Program-made: the position numbers and the translations under genes
NCBI RefSeq assembly: GCF_016432865.1
Contig: NC_067402.1
Coordinates: 217,434,001 to 217,498,000 of the forward strand
From: Antechinus flavipes
Lineage: Eukaryota
Reading direction: 5' to 3'
Length of the DNA: 64,000 nucleotides
In this document: positions 1 to 13,040 of the stretch, in pieces
How positions within the stretch are numbered: position 1 is the stretch's first letter
Layout of the letters: each line of letters starts with the position of its first letter
The notes under the pieces: model-generated
The model's database searches: none
What the model saw: only the letters and a program-made list of their open reading frames with translations
Told to the model about the DNA's origin: nothing

Positions 1-39
1 TGTATTCAGAAATGGAAAACAACTTTTAAGTCATTTTTT

Positions 40-2690
40 ATTTCAATCCATTAGCATTTGTTAAGAGAAAGGCTCTATATTTATTTTTAAAAAAAAAAAA
101 GGAGGCTGCAGAGACAAGTGAAAAGTTTCTGCCTTTAAGGAGCTTATGTTCTAATAGGAGAGATACTAAGAATCTTCAGAATATACCCATACACAAAATA
201 AATATAAAACTATTTCAGGAAGGAGGGAGGTCACCAGGGGCTGAGGGTATTGGGGCAGATTTCATGGAGAACATGAAGTTTGGAATGATTCTTGAAGAAA
301 ACAAAGTATTCCATGAGGGAAAGTGAGAAGGAAATATTCCAAGTATATAGTTTAATCAGTGCAACGCCACACAATAAAGGGGAAAAAAGAAAAAAACACA
401 AGCAGGCCAGAACCATAGACCATATAAAGGAAAGGAAGAAGCCTGGAAAGGTAAGAAGGAGCAGGTTTCTCATGAGCTTTTGATGCCAAACAGTGAAGTT
501 TTTATTTGATCCCAAAAATAATAGCAAAATTTTAGAGGTGAGGGGAAATATGGTCAGACCTATACCTTAGAAAACTCATGTTAGTGGCTATGTGGAAAAT
601 GGGTTGAAGTATGAAAGCAGTATGGCAATAATCCAGGTGAGAGGTAATGAACAGATAACTCAGATAGCTGTATGAATAGCAAAAAGAGGGATGGATGTTA
701 AGAAATGTTGTAGAGGTAGAAACATTTTCCATGAGGAGATAGTTTATAGAAGATTAAATACTCAAAGATGACTCCCAAGGTTGTTAACATTAACTGACTA
801 GAAGGATGGGTAATGTCTTCAACAGAAATAAGGAATTTCAGAAAATGAATAAGTTTGGAGGAAAAAATTTTTTAAAGAATAGGCCAATAAATTTAGCAAT
901 TTACAGATCAATTGGTAACTTTGGGACGAGCAATTTCAATTGAATGGTGAGATCAGAGGTCAAATTGTTGGGGGTATAGGCAAAAGTGAGAGGCCAAGAG
1001 CGATCTAACAACTGTAATCCTTACTATTAGGAAGGCTAAGGCTGGGGTATCTCTTGAGTTTAGGAGTTGTGAGCTGCAGTGGGATAAGCCAATCAGGTGT
1101 CCATACCTGGATAGAAATAGAACAGGTCAAATTTCCAGTGCTAAGTAGTGGTGAGATAGGACCACTCAGAATGGGTGAAACATAGACCCAATCTTGTATA
1201 AGGGATGGAGGAAGTAGAAATGTTAAATAATAGATTTCATTTTTCAAGGAATTTGACTAAAGTGGGGGAAAAAGTAAAGCTATTTAATAGTCATTTGGTA
1301 GTGGGAAATAGTAAGATATTGTAAGGATTTTTTAAGAATAGAGAAGACTTGAGTATATTGTAAGCAGCAGTCAAGGAAATAGACACTGGAAATCAGAGAT
1401 AGAGATTATAGTGCACATGATTTACTGGAGAAGCCTGGAGGGGAAGGGATCAAGGCTACCGATAGAGGGATTGATCTTGATGGGAATGACTACCTCTTCA
1501 GAAGAATATTAGAAGGAATAGCAGAGGATGATGTCAAGAGACTTTAAGATATGAGAGGGAAGAAGGAAAAAAAGGAGGGAGGGAGAGAGAAAAGAGGGAG
1601 TTCCCAACAAGTGGTCTTGATTTACTCAGTTAAGTAGTGGAGAATATGGGAAGAGCAGTGGTGTGGATGATTTGAGAACAGAAGAGAAAGGTGAATAGCT
1701 ATGTTGGTGAAGAGAGATGGAGCACCTCACTATAGGGCAGGATTTGCTGAAATTATATACAAGTGGAGGAAATCAGCATCATTGTGTGAATTCCTCCAAC
1801 TGAACTCCATCAGGCCTGTGAATTAGAGCAGCCCAGATTTGGGTTTTGTGAGGTCTGAGCAGGGACAGGACAAGAGACAAAGGTCTCTGAACTGGTTAAC
1901 TATAGAGCTGAGATTGGGAAAGAAGGAGAATGTAGCCAAAGCAGAAGTGATGCTGTGGGAGGAAAAGTACTGAGGGGTGGAGAGATTGGGAAAAAAAGAG
2001 TGAAGACAAATAAGAGGAGTAAGGAATAAGAAGAAGTGAAAGGATAAAAGATTCTGACTGCATTAGAAAGTTTAGGGTCCTTAATCATGGAAATGAATAT
2101 GTTACAGATGGTGACTAGCCTAAGAATGTGATCATCCCTTGCATAGCTGAGATAGAGTGGTTAGACTAGGTCAGAGAAATTGAATAGACAGAGGGATTTT
2201 AATGTTAGGCTAAATGAAGGAACAACATGTATGTTGAAGTCCTTGGTGTCAGAGCAGGAGTTGGTCTGATTGGATGGGGAGAATATGGCCCAAGCACTCA
2301 GTATATTGAGAAAATAGGGAGTAATGTCAAAAGGTCAACAGATAACTATGACCAGGATCTCTATTGGACCATAAATTTGGATAGAGTAAATCTCAAAGAA
2401 AGAGGTTGCTGAAGTAGAAATAAGAACTATTCAGGCTTCCTTCTGGGATTAATGAGTTAGGAAGAGGCCATAAGGAGTAGTGTGAGAGATAGGTGTGATC
2501 AATACTTGGAAAGGATGACCAAGAATGCAGTGTGGCAGAAGAGAAGGGTGCAGTGAGAACCATATCAGGGGATGATAGGAAATGGAAGAAACAAGAAAGA
2601 AGGAAGTCTAAAATAAAGGGAAGTTTGTTAATTATAAAGCAGGAAATGCAGATGTGGGTGGGACATGTTTTCAATCCTCCCCTAAATCCT
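40..2690 (-). mobile_element. decayed L2 LINE remnant(s) in CTDSP2 intron 1
   Basis: Antisense L2 3' signature (CTGCCTTTAAGGAGCTTATGTTCTAATAGG) followed by a long purine-rich antisense L2 body. Boundaries approximate. Confidence 0.55.
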
Positions 2691-3731
2691 GTGAGCTAAG
2701 TAAAGTGTTATTATTCCTTTTTTCCAGAACAGGAAACCAACTTAAAGAAGTGAAGTGATTTGAATTAGGTCATCAAGATAGAAGGGTCAATACAGGGTTT
2801 GAATTCAAATCTGCTGACCCTTAAATCAATGTTCTTTCCATTACACCACACTGTTTGACAAGTGTAACTGACTAACCCACTGCTATTCTAGACAGTGGAT
2901 TAGAAAGTCCCTGGCATATAAAAGTGGACTTCCTTGTGTATTTAAGGAAGAAATGGACAGAGGTTACAGAGGCTGGGCAGACATAGGTAGGACAGATATA
3001 TGCATTAAAGATAGTGACAGCAAGAGAGCCATTGGACTATTGGGTTAGTCCTGCAGATAATAAATACTCTGATTAATCTAATGTTAAATTAACTGCATTC
3101 CTCAAATTTAAGTTGCTTTGGTGGTAAAAGAACAGTCTGCTGAGCAAAGATGAGGAAGGCACCCAAGAATTGCTGTATATAGCCAATGCAAGTGAATGAT
3201 CCATGTATGTACCTGAAAGTTAGTTTTGCATCTTCCAAGAAAGTTGGCTATGGAGGAGATTTGAGGGAAAAAATAAAGCTTGATACTCAGAGTTCATGGT
3301 TTTTTCTGGGCTTTTAAAGCCTGATGTTGCTGAGACATTGGGTAAATCAGCTAATGGGCTGGAAAATATGATTTTGTGTGAGGACCTGAACTTCCCAACT
3401 ACTGCTGTTCCTTTGGTCTTCATCAATGTAACTTTGGGGATGGCTTCAATGTATTGAGTGCCAGAAGCCACAGCTTCAGGGTAAAGTAGCACATCAATGT
3501 GAGACCAGGATACCCTGTTCTATGCTGGTTTTATTCTCTAGAATTAAGAGCAAATCCTTTCTGTACCTCAGTCACTTGCACCAGAACTTTCAAACTTCTC
3601 TACCCAGTGAATGAGGCTGCTGGGGCAATAAATAAGTACAAGAGACTGCGTAATTGTGGGCATCCCATAGGAATGGGAAGAATGGTATCTAGATACTGCA
3701 GCTCCACACTTTGTCAACCTCTCTGTTCTAG

Positions 3732-6700
3732 GTCTGGTCTCCAAGTCCTCTCCCAAGAAGCCTCGTGGACGTAACATCTTTAAAGCCCTTTTCTGTTGCT
3801 TCAGTTCCCAACATGTTGGTCAGTCAAGCTGCAGCAGTGAGCTTGTCTCATACAAGGAGGAAACCAACACCATTGCCAAGGTAATATAGGGATGAGACTG
3901 GTAGAGAAAAGACCATGAGAATGTAAAAACATTGCCTGAAGAAGACAGAAGCAGGTTTCTAATTCTCTCGCATGACTGCTAGGTTTCAGCCACTGTTGCC
4001 TTGACTCCATAATTCCCTAACCCACTTATGTCCCTCATTGACTGTCGTATGATTGGGAAATGATGATCTCTCAAAAAAAAAAAAAAGGAAAATAGGAGCT
4101 TCTTTCATTGAAACTTATCCCCTTTTTTTTCCTAGTCCGATCTGCTCCAGTGTCTTCAGTACCAGTTTTACCAGGTAAATTCTAACAATGCCATTATGAT
4201 TATGGCCCTGAGTCAAATCAAATGCCCAGGCCAACTTCCTGTCCTTTGGAAAGCTTTATTAAAAAGCTAGAAAATCCCTAGGGTTGGCTTTCGGGGATTG
4301 ATTTAAGACAGTTGGGTACACTATAGGGGTGAAGACTACTTCCTTTTCCATGGGAATCCAGGGAGCCAAGTATTTTTACTGATGCTACAAATCCTTCCAT
4401 CTTAATATTGATGGCTTTGTCCTCATGCTAAACTGGTGATTGTTTCTGTAGCCAATTTCATTTCCCAAGGATAAATTTTCAGTTTCCTCCCTGATAGACC
4501 ATGTCTCTGGGGCAATTAGGAAATTAAGGAATCTGCTCTGCCTAGAGTTTTAATACATAATGGGCTCCTGGAATGAAAACCTTTTTTTTTTTTTTTTAAT
4601 TCTTTATCCAGTATTCTCTTTGGCTCCTTTATCTTGTAAGGGTTCCCTTCTCTGAGTGGATCCTAGAGTATTCTCTAGGCCAGTTAAACTTTTGTCCTTC
4701 CCAATTTTCCTGAGAAGAGCCTAATTTTCTCATTTGGAAAAGTCATAGCAGCTTGAATTTGTTTCCAGATCCCAGGAACATGCCTGCTTCCAGAGGTAAC
4801 GCAAGAAGATCAAGGAAGAATTTGCGTGGTCATTGACTTGGATGAGACCCTCGTGCATAGTTCCTTTAAGGTAATCTGACTTCTCACCCTCTTGCTATTC
4901 CTATGTTCAACTTAGCATGATTACTAAGATATAGAGAAGAATAGTGGAGGCAGAAGTTAAGAGACTAGAAGAGTGTTATACACCTAGTAGGCGATTAAGA
5001 GGCACAGGCAGGCAGGAAGGAGGTTCTCCCCTTGGAGAGTATCTCACATTCACAAGTTCTGACTGCCAAATACACAGCTGGAAGTAACTCACCCTTCATT
5101 AAGCCTAATCCTGAGGGTAGTCACCCTCACTCAGAATATAGGATATAAATAAGGTGAGGAAGTCCTCCTCTCTTTTCCTTTCTCTTAGTTTTCGTGAGAA
5201 TCTTTTAGTTTCACCTAAATATTGGTGTTAAGTGAGCCTGGCAAAATTATCAGGAAGGGAGGGAAAGACAACACAGGAGAAAGGTCTGGCAAAGGATGAG
5301 CCTAGTGAATGTATGTAATTAAGCTATCCCCTCCTTAGTTTATGGAAGAAGAAGGAGAAAGAATCTTCCTTAGGTTTCCAGGTGTTCAAACAACATCCTA
5401 CTTTCTATCTAGGAAAATAAAAGAGAAGGTGCAAACATGGGGGTGGTTGCAGTGTGGGCCTAGTATTCCTAGACCAGTTTGAAGATGCTAAAGTGCTTGT
5501 AGGGTTTGCAGTGTTTTAAGTATGAGTAGCATTTTCCACTTTTGTTTATCTTATCAAACAATGACAGAGAACTTCCTTGCCATTTTTATCAGTAAGTCCA
5601 AAATGGGACCAAGACTCACTGAGAATGGACTTCTCATTTTCTGCAAGGTTGACCCCTTCCTTGACTTTTCTTTCTTCTAGCCAATCAACAATGCTGACTT
5701 TATAGTGCCTGTGGAGATTGAGGGAACAACACACCAGGTAAGCAAGACCCTGCATGTTGATGGGTTTGAGGCCTGGGACCAGAAATCACTGTGGATCAGG
5801 GGGTATATGCAACATATGTTAGTGGGAGTAAACTAAAGATCAGCAATTTATCAGGCTGCCTGTCTGGCCAGGGCAATAACTAGTCAAAAAATCTGGAAGG
5901 ATCAGGACAGACTTCACAGTAGAAACGGATGTCCCTATGGCCTATTGAGAATGCAAAGAAAACCATTCTTAGAGATGGTGATGAGGCTCTCCTGATGATT
6001 ATTGTCATGGTAGGACAATGCTTTTATTACCCATTTTATTGGGATTGGTTCTATGTAAGCACTTCAGCCATCTCCTTTGGTCAGCTAGGCATCCTAGGAG
6101 CCTTAAAGAGACCTCGTCTGACTGTCAGAGCCCTCAAACTAGGAGCATAGAATACACTCAAAAAAAAAAAAAGACTGGCCATATACAAAATACCACACAG
6201 AGGAAGACATGGGACAAGGAATATACAAACTTGGAGTGATGTAATGAAAAGTGAAAGGAAATAATTGAGAGATGGATTTCTGGAGAAGACCTTCCAATGG
6301 AATATGAAGGTGAAAAGAGCTGGGTGTGGTACTTCATCGAAAAAAGGAGGAAGCTGCCATAATCTGACAAAATGGCATTTGTGGAACAATGTGCTTCTAT
6401 AGAATGAACATACTGGCTTGTAGTTTCATGTTACACAGTAGCAAGAATCACTCTGGTGAGGTTTTCCAGCTTTGGAAGAAAGGCTCTGGGTACAGTAGGA
6501 TGCTGTGGAGTAATATAATTACTTTTTCAGAAACATCATTCTAGCTACTCTTTGTGTAAGATGAGTTGCAGAAGAAGAAGAAAAGCAGAGATCAGTTGAC
6601 ACTTTGTAAGCTCTTATAGCTAATTGTAACATGCGGATGGCAAAAGTAAAAACATTTAAACCTAGATGTACTTAGAAGCCACAGATAAATGTTCTAGGGG

Positions 6701-8137
6701 TAGAGGACGAGAGGATAAGTACTTAATAGGAACAGCTGGAGAAAAGGAGTGAACTTCTAAAGAGGAAACACTGGGAGCAAGAATGGGGATTTTTGCCCAT
6801 CAATTCTGGAATGATTTTGGAGGAGGTGGAATTTAAGAGCAAGGCCACTTTTTGCCTACTGGTGACTCCAACAGACTGTACTACCAGAGCTGAAGAATAC
6901 GGAAAGATCCAGCAAAGGCTGCAGCCAGGTTCAAGTAATCCAGGATAGGCTGTGTCCAGCTGCAGGCCTATTCTTGATTACTTGTTTCTGGAGGCAGCTG
7001 ACTGCACCCTGCCAGAAGCAAGCATTCCAAGACATTCCCCTAATGCTTGCCCACCGTGTTTTCATTTTCTACCCTGAGCCATGGAAATGGTTTTGGCCCA
7101 AGCTGACAGATGAAATCTAGTGATGAAATAATAGGTGAGTGATGCTGATCAGCCTAGCCGTGGTCGTGGCAGCCCAGCTGCTTAGGAAAAGTGAAGTCTT
7201 AGCACATGTATTTTGGAACAGGTTGGGGAAAGAGTCAGTCGACTTGGGTGTCCCCCTTCTCACAGTTCCCTCTGGTTTTCTCCAGGTGTATGTGCTTAAG
7301 AGGCCTTATGTGGATGAGTTCCTGAGGCGAATGGGGGAATTGTTTGAGTGTGTCCTCTTCACTGCCAGCCTTGCCAAGGTATCCTAGGATAGGGTGGAGG
7401 GCAACAGGTGCCTCTGCTAGATAACCTGGGGTACACAGGGAAGGAAGGGCTGAGCCAAACAGAGATTTCCTCTTTTTACTCAGTATGCTGACCCTGTGAC
7501 CGATCTCTTGGACCAGTGTGGTGTGTTCCGGGCCCGCCTCTTCCGGGAGTCTTGCGTGTTCCACCAGGGCTGCTATGTCAAGGACCTCAGCCGATTAGGG
7601 AGAGATCTGAGAAAAACCCTGATATTAGACAATTCTCCTGCCTCATACATCTTCCACCCAGAAAATGCAGTGAGTGCACTTGAGTCTCAGTTCTTCACAG
7701 CCCTTGGCTAATAGTTAAAATGGAGGAGAAGGGTTTAATAGGCTTACATCCTGTGTAAGATAAGTTGATCTGGGAAAAGGCAGTGTCGAGAGTCAGAGAA
7801 ATTTATCTTCTAGAGCTTATGGCATACCCAGGAAGGTTATTTTAGTCCTTTTGTAACTTCCAAAGGTGACCTTTCCTAACTTTAGAAAGGCTAACATCAC
7901 CTACATTGGAGAGAGGGTGGGTGGAAATCCTGAATGCATTGAACTGTCCACCAGAAATCCAAGGTGCTGTCCACCTCTGCCCACCTCATTCTGCTTGGTT
8001 CTCTTCCACAGGTGCCTGTGCAATCCTGGTTTGACGACATGGCAGACACAGAGCTGCTGAATTTGATCCCCATCTTTGAGGAGCTAAGTGAAGCAGAAGA
8101 TGTCTATACCAGCCTTGGACAGCTGAGGGCACCATAG
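3732..8137 (+). CDS. CTDSP2: CTD small phosphatase 2 (SCP2), 5'-partial; coding exons 2-8: join(3732..3880,4136..4174,4769..4870,5681..5737,7286..7378,7484..7669,8012..8137)
   Basis: Spliced translation (G)[23 protein letters not shown]...[78 protein letters not shown]...[13 protein letters not shown]...[14 protein letters not shown]...LGQLRAP*. It has the HAD-family DLDET catalytic motif. All junctions are AG/GT with consistent phase. Stop TAG at 8135-8137. Exon 1 lies upstream of the window. Confidence 0.97.
6917..6999 (+). ncRNA. MIR26A2: pre-miR-26a-2 hairpin in CTDSP2 intron 5; mature 5p 6930-6951, 3p 6967-6988
   Basis: Exact miR-26a-5p TTCAAGTAATCCAGGATAGGCT and miR-26a-2-3p CCTATTCTTGATTACTTGTTTC, with a complementary basal stem GGCTGC...GCAGCT. 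miR-26 genes are known to be hosted by CTDSP-family introns. Confidence 0.97.
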
Positions 8138-11100
8138 CTTCTCAAGCTCCCCAGAGTCTAGGACTGCAGGGGACTGTGACACACTGTGCCTTCGCTATCA
8201 GCCAGGAAGGGATGGCGGAAACAGGAAGCAGGGAGAAACAGTTGTAAAGTGAGTTAGGGCAGGTTAGATGACAATATGGGCAAACAGCAGACCGCTGACA
8301 ACTAGTACCCCCTGCTCCATGAACTGGGCACTAGAGAGACACACTAATGAGCATGTATATGTGTGTATGTGTACGACACCGACACCTTCTCGCCTTGATA
8401 CGATGATTCAGGTTGGGGAAGAGTCGAACGATCAAGGCTCAAATTCCCCTGAGCCAGAGCTCATCTCCCTAGAGAATCAATCCAAGAGCCATTGACCTCT
8501 CATGGGAACAAAGACCATTCAGTGCTCTATTGCCAAACCTTGAGTCTTCCTAGTATGCATGGCCTGTGCCAAGGAGGTGGGGATATGCTGCTCTCAGCAT
8601 AATATGCAGGCAAACTGGCACCAGATCCAAATGCACACTATTGAAAAACTTTGCTCGGGACCTGTGGTGAGCTTGGGAAAAAATGGTTTCTAAAACATCC
8701 TATGAGCCTATACCTTGGCCTCACAGACATGGCCATGAGCATCAGGTTCAAGGGGCCACTACTGCCAAGAGCTCCTGCCTGTCCTACTAGCCTGGGACTT
8801 GGGGGGCCCTTTCCCTCTACTTCACATCCCAATTACATTTCTGAAACCACGGGCAAGCTATCTCCCCTATGCTCAAAGGAGGACAGAGAATTGATTTCAT
8901 TTGATGAGCCTCTGTTTTAAAGTTTTTCCTTCTAAAAATTGGGAGATGAGAGTCAGAAGCTTATTCCTAGTCCTCAAGAGGAATTTTGAAAGCCAGAATC
9001 TCTATTACTCTTGAGTCATGGATCAGATTATAGATCTTGAGAGAAGTCTAGAGAATGATTTTTTTCAGGGATCTTTCTTCAAAAGAACAGGAAGGAGCAA
9101 TTATAATGCCATGGAAACTCTTTGAATTTCTTGAGCAGAATCCTTTCCCATTTCATCTTTCAAGCAGTTGAATTTGGGAAGGGATAGGATGGTGAGGCCT
9201 TTGCATGGGCAGCCTCAAGGACACACCTGTGTCCTATAGATGGGAAATAAATAGCAAGAACCAACAATTGGTTCTCTTTGTTGTGGTGCGCTGGCTTCCT
9301 GCAAATGCTGTAGTAACAGAAAAGGAAGGGAGGCCAGGGCATGCTCAGGTGTGAGGTTTCAAAATCAGTATGCACTTCAGAATCTGCATGATGTCAGGGA
9401 CTCTTTTAAAAAAGCATTCATTCTTAGTAAGTTACATGAACAAAATAGATTTTTTTTTCTAAGTTTGGAGAGCTCTGATATAATGGGAAGCACTTTTGGG
9501 ATTTCATAAGGTAAACCCCAAGTAAGCAGCACTGTCTTGTAATCACGTTCTGCTATAGCCTTGGCTTCTGCCGGAATGGGTGTGGTGTGGAACCTAAAGG
9601 AAGATCACCTAAGAGGTAATTAGGAGCCAAATTCCCTACCTTTCCCTGAAGAAACTCCACACTGCTTCAGGTACAGTACACTTAAAACTTAGGATTCTTC
9701 CCCCTGACATTCTTTTTGACTTTGAAATGCTTTCTTGGAGGAGGGGGTGGGGAGAGTTTCAAGAAATGGCCAACTGGATGAGAAGATCAAGGGGAGAGCA
9801 GCTTTTTGTATTTTCGTGTGCATTACAGTTATAATACCCCTTTATCCTAATCTTTGGTGCCAATTCTAAGTCCCTCCATGGTTGTTGTCAGGTTTCCTTC
9901 TTTTCTCCTTGATTTTATACCAAGATGGTGCCATGGGACCCAAAAGCTATGTAGATATAGAGCAGAATTTCCCCAGAGTCCTTTTTCTCTTTGTGGCAGC
10001 ATTTCCTAAGACTGATTCTGAGAGTATAAATGGAGGGTGAGTCTGGATGCTGACAGAAACCTTTGAAACAACAACCAAAAAAAAACAATCCCTTATTATC
10101 AATCCCATACTTAATGCCAAATTCCAAGGCCAGCTATCACAGAGGTAGAGGAAAGGGAGTAGATTTTGAACTTAATCCTCCTTACCTCCAGGCTATTAAC
10201 TACTAGCTTCTCAAGGTTGAGTGAGCAATAGTGAAAACGTTCCTGACATCTGGTCCAAGCCCACCTGTTTTTGCCATTAGGAGTTTTGAAACATCAAACT
10301 CCTGCAGCATACATGAGCAATAATGAAAGATGGCTGTGCTGAAAGACATTCCTTACCCTCTATATTGGTCCCCCTTTGTGCCACCAAGGCACTTGCTGCC
10401 CTAAGTGTGGTTCAAAAGAAGGCAGAGGAGGAAGGGTATTGCTGACATTTCTATGTTACCTCTTCTCAGATGCCCTTTAAGTGTCCTATGACAAACATCC
10501 ATGGTTCCTGGCCCACTGGCATGTACACTCATTGTCTTTCGTAGGAAGCCCTATGTAGTTGGCATCCCTGCACTACAGCTATTAATTTTTACTCAGCTGT
10601 ACATAGGTTATGCATCCTGGCCCCTCTGTCTGGTTTTCATGGTCTCCCAGTTGAAGCATGTTCCCTTAGAGAACTCGCACTCATTCACCCCAGCCAGATT
10701 TGAACAGGATCTCGTGCCAGCCTGGATCAGCCAAAAGTAGTTTGAAACAGTGGTTTGGGTAGTGATGTGTCAAAGGTTGGCAGGTTTTTCGAACCCTGCT
10801 CTCAAGAAGATTTACTACTAAAGTAATGACTTAAATTTACTCTTGGAATGAGCCAGGGCTAGGGGAAAAAGTGTGTTCTTTCCCTGGTGGGTCCTATTGG
10901 ATACACTCTTTACTCCCATTCCTACTTTAAAGAGGTCAAGAGTCCTTAAGCAAATGGAGGTCTTCTCAACAAAGGGTGACCAGAATTTTTTACCTCAACT
11001 GGCTGTGAGCAGAGCTCAGCCAGGGTGCCCCATTTAAACTAGGTCTCAGCTAAAGAGCTAATGCTTCATTAGAGAGATCATCCTAAACATAGACAAACCA

Positions 11101-12240
11101 TTCCAGGAATACACCCTTCTGCCAAATTTCGTTCTTTTAGTTGCCTCTTCAGTGACACAGTAGTTGTCTCTGATTGGGCTTCTCTTTGGAAAGAGCCTGA
11201 TGTTCACATCCCTCTCATAGGGGGAAGCTTTAAACAAAAGGCCAGTTTGGGAGAGGGTCAGGGTTAAGCATCTCAACTCTGCACATTGTAGAGAAGATGT
11301 TCTTCAGAGGCCTGTGAATCCCAGGCTGGGGAGGCAAAGAGAGCAGTGTCCTGGACTTGAAATATTTTTAAGAATTGGACCATGAACTCAAATGTTTAAT
11401 TGTTGAGTAAATTTGCCTTAAGAATTGTCTGGGACTTTTTGCTTCCTCCTGCCTCCCAAAGATGCTGACTATTTTGTACACTTGTAAATTTACCTTTACT
11501 GTTTTTATAAGAACCCAGAAACTCTGGATGTGCTAATCATGGAAAGTCTAAAAAAGTAGCCAGCCCTCTGCCCTGCCCCAATGCCTTTTCTCCTGGGAAC
11601 CCCTTGTGCCATATTCAAGAATTTTCTACACCCAAGCCATGGGTAGAGCATCTCCCTTCCTATCGAACCAGTAAGGTTTGGGGAAATCAAACACTAGGTA
11701 CCATTATACAATTCCCACTGCCTCGAGGGTATCTGGGAATAAAGGGAACCCAGGGAGTTGGCTGGTTTGTTTCTGCAGAATCTTACACTATCATTGTAGA
11801 GTTCATTCATGACTTGGTTTCTTCTGCAGAACAGAGTTCTTAAAAAGCAGTTGACCTCACTCAAACCTGGATTCTGTTAGAGGTGCTGGTTGGCCAGTTC
11901 CCTTTTCTAATGAATCCAGACCTCTTTCCCTAGAGAGGATACACCTTTCTCTTCCAACTTCATAGGCAAGCTTTTTTGCTTAGAAGGACCCTAAGTGTGG
12001 AAGTTAATCTTTTGCTACTTTTCCACTTAAGGGAATGCTGGATTTGGAGGGTAGAGGGAGAGAAATGTACCCCATATCACCTGTGCTATAGGATTCTGAC
12101 TACCCTGGTTACAGATTAATGGTTTCTTGGAGAAATTTGTTTTATTCCAAAACTTGAAATGTTTGACGCCATTAAGTGTCTGTTTATATTTTTGGAATAT
12201 TTGTATTACTTGCAATTAAATAAAAAGGTTTTTAAAAAAA
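8138..12240 (+). other. CTDSP2: CTDSP2 long 3'UTR
   Basis: Largely repeat-free ~4.1 kb after the stop, ending at AATAAA 12219-12224. The end position is inferred. Confidence 0.7.
12219..12224 (+). terminator. polyadenylation signal AATAAA of CTDSP2
   Basis: Canonical hexamer preceded by a U-rich upstream element (TGTTTATATTTTTGGAATATTTGTATT) and followed by a genomic A-run. Confidence 0.7.
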
Positions 12241-12959
12241 AAAAAAAAAACACCCAACCAGGAATAGCCCTGTGGTTGTGTATTCAAGCCACCATGAACA
12301 TATCACCCAAAAAGCACCCTTCCCCAGACATGCCACATTTAGATCTGCATCGCCAGCAAGATTCCAACCGACTACTACAGCCTAGAAAACCTACATTGGG
12401 CTCAATGCCGGGCTTTTCCTGAGAGTTATGTGAATTTTTCCCACCTCTTTCCCCCACCAGGCCATTTCGAGCACTTTACCGCCCCTGAAAAGAGTCATTC
12501 TGCTGAGAGTGGGGATAATCCTGAGGAAGGAGAGGCTGGTTTGGGGAGAAAACCCCCTTTCCCAGTAACATCATCTTCCTTTCAGATCTTTGGGCTCTAC
12601 CCCTGAGATAGCTGGGCTAGCTATGTTCTGACTCCAGCTTCCCAGTGTCCTATTCTCAGCAGAGCAAGTCCAGGATTTCCTGGTACTGTGTCTGTTGTTT
12701 GTTTTGGCTTCTATCTGTCATACAATATCTATCAGCTTAATGTATCCCCATCTATAATATGGCTAATTTCATATCTGCTCTTCCACTCCACCCTACTTCC
12801 TGCATTATTGATGGGCTGTGCACTTTAGAAAAATCAATTAGAATAGGGTGTGGAAACAGAGTTAAAAGAGAAAAGAGGCCTTTAAAAGTCTCCTGGTTTT
12901 TGCTACTTTGAATAGGCGCACATAAAGCCTTCTCTTCATAAGTCCAGCCAAGGATCAGC

Positions 12960-13040
12960 CTGTCTCTGATTGGCCAGGACTGAGAAAATGCGGTTAAGGT
13001 GCAAATATAAGCAAATATGACCCATTGTCAGATCAGCTGT
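12960..13040 (+). promoter_or_regulatory. putative AVIL core promoter
   Basis: Inverted CCAAT (ATTGG 12969-12973), tandem GCAAATAT at 13001-13008 and 13011-13018 (forkhead-like RYAAAYA, overlapping a TATA-like ATATAAG), and E-box CAGCTG 13034-13039. It sits just upstream of a strong splice donor. Confidence 0.45.

Noticed and set aside
8268-8495. 75-aa ORF and CpG-containing patch in the proximal CTDSP2 3'UTR
   Set aside because: No recognisable homology or coding signature; it is more likely ordinary UTR.
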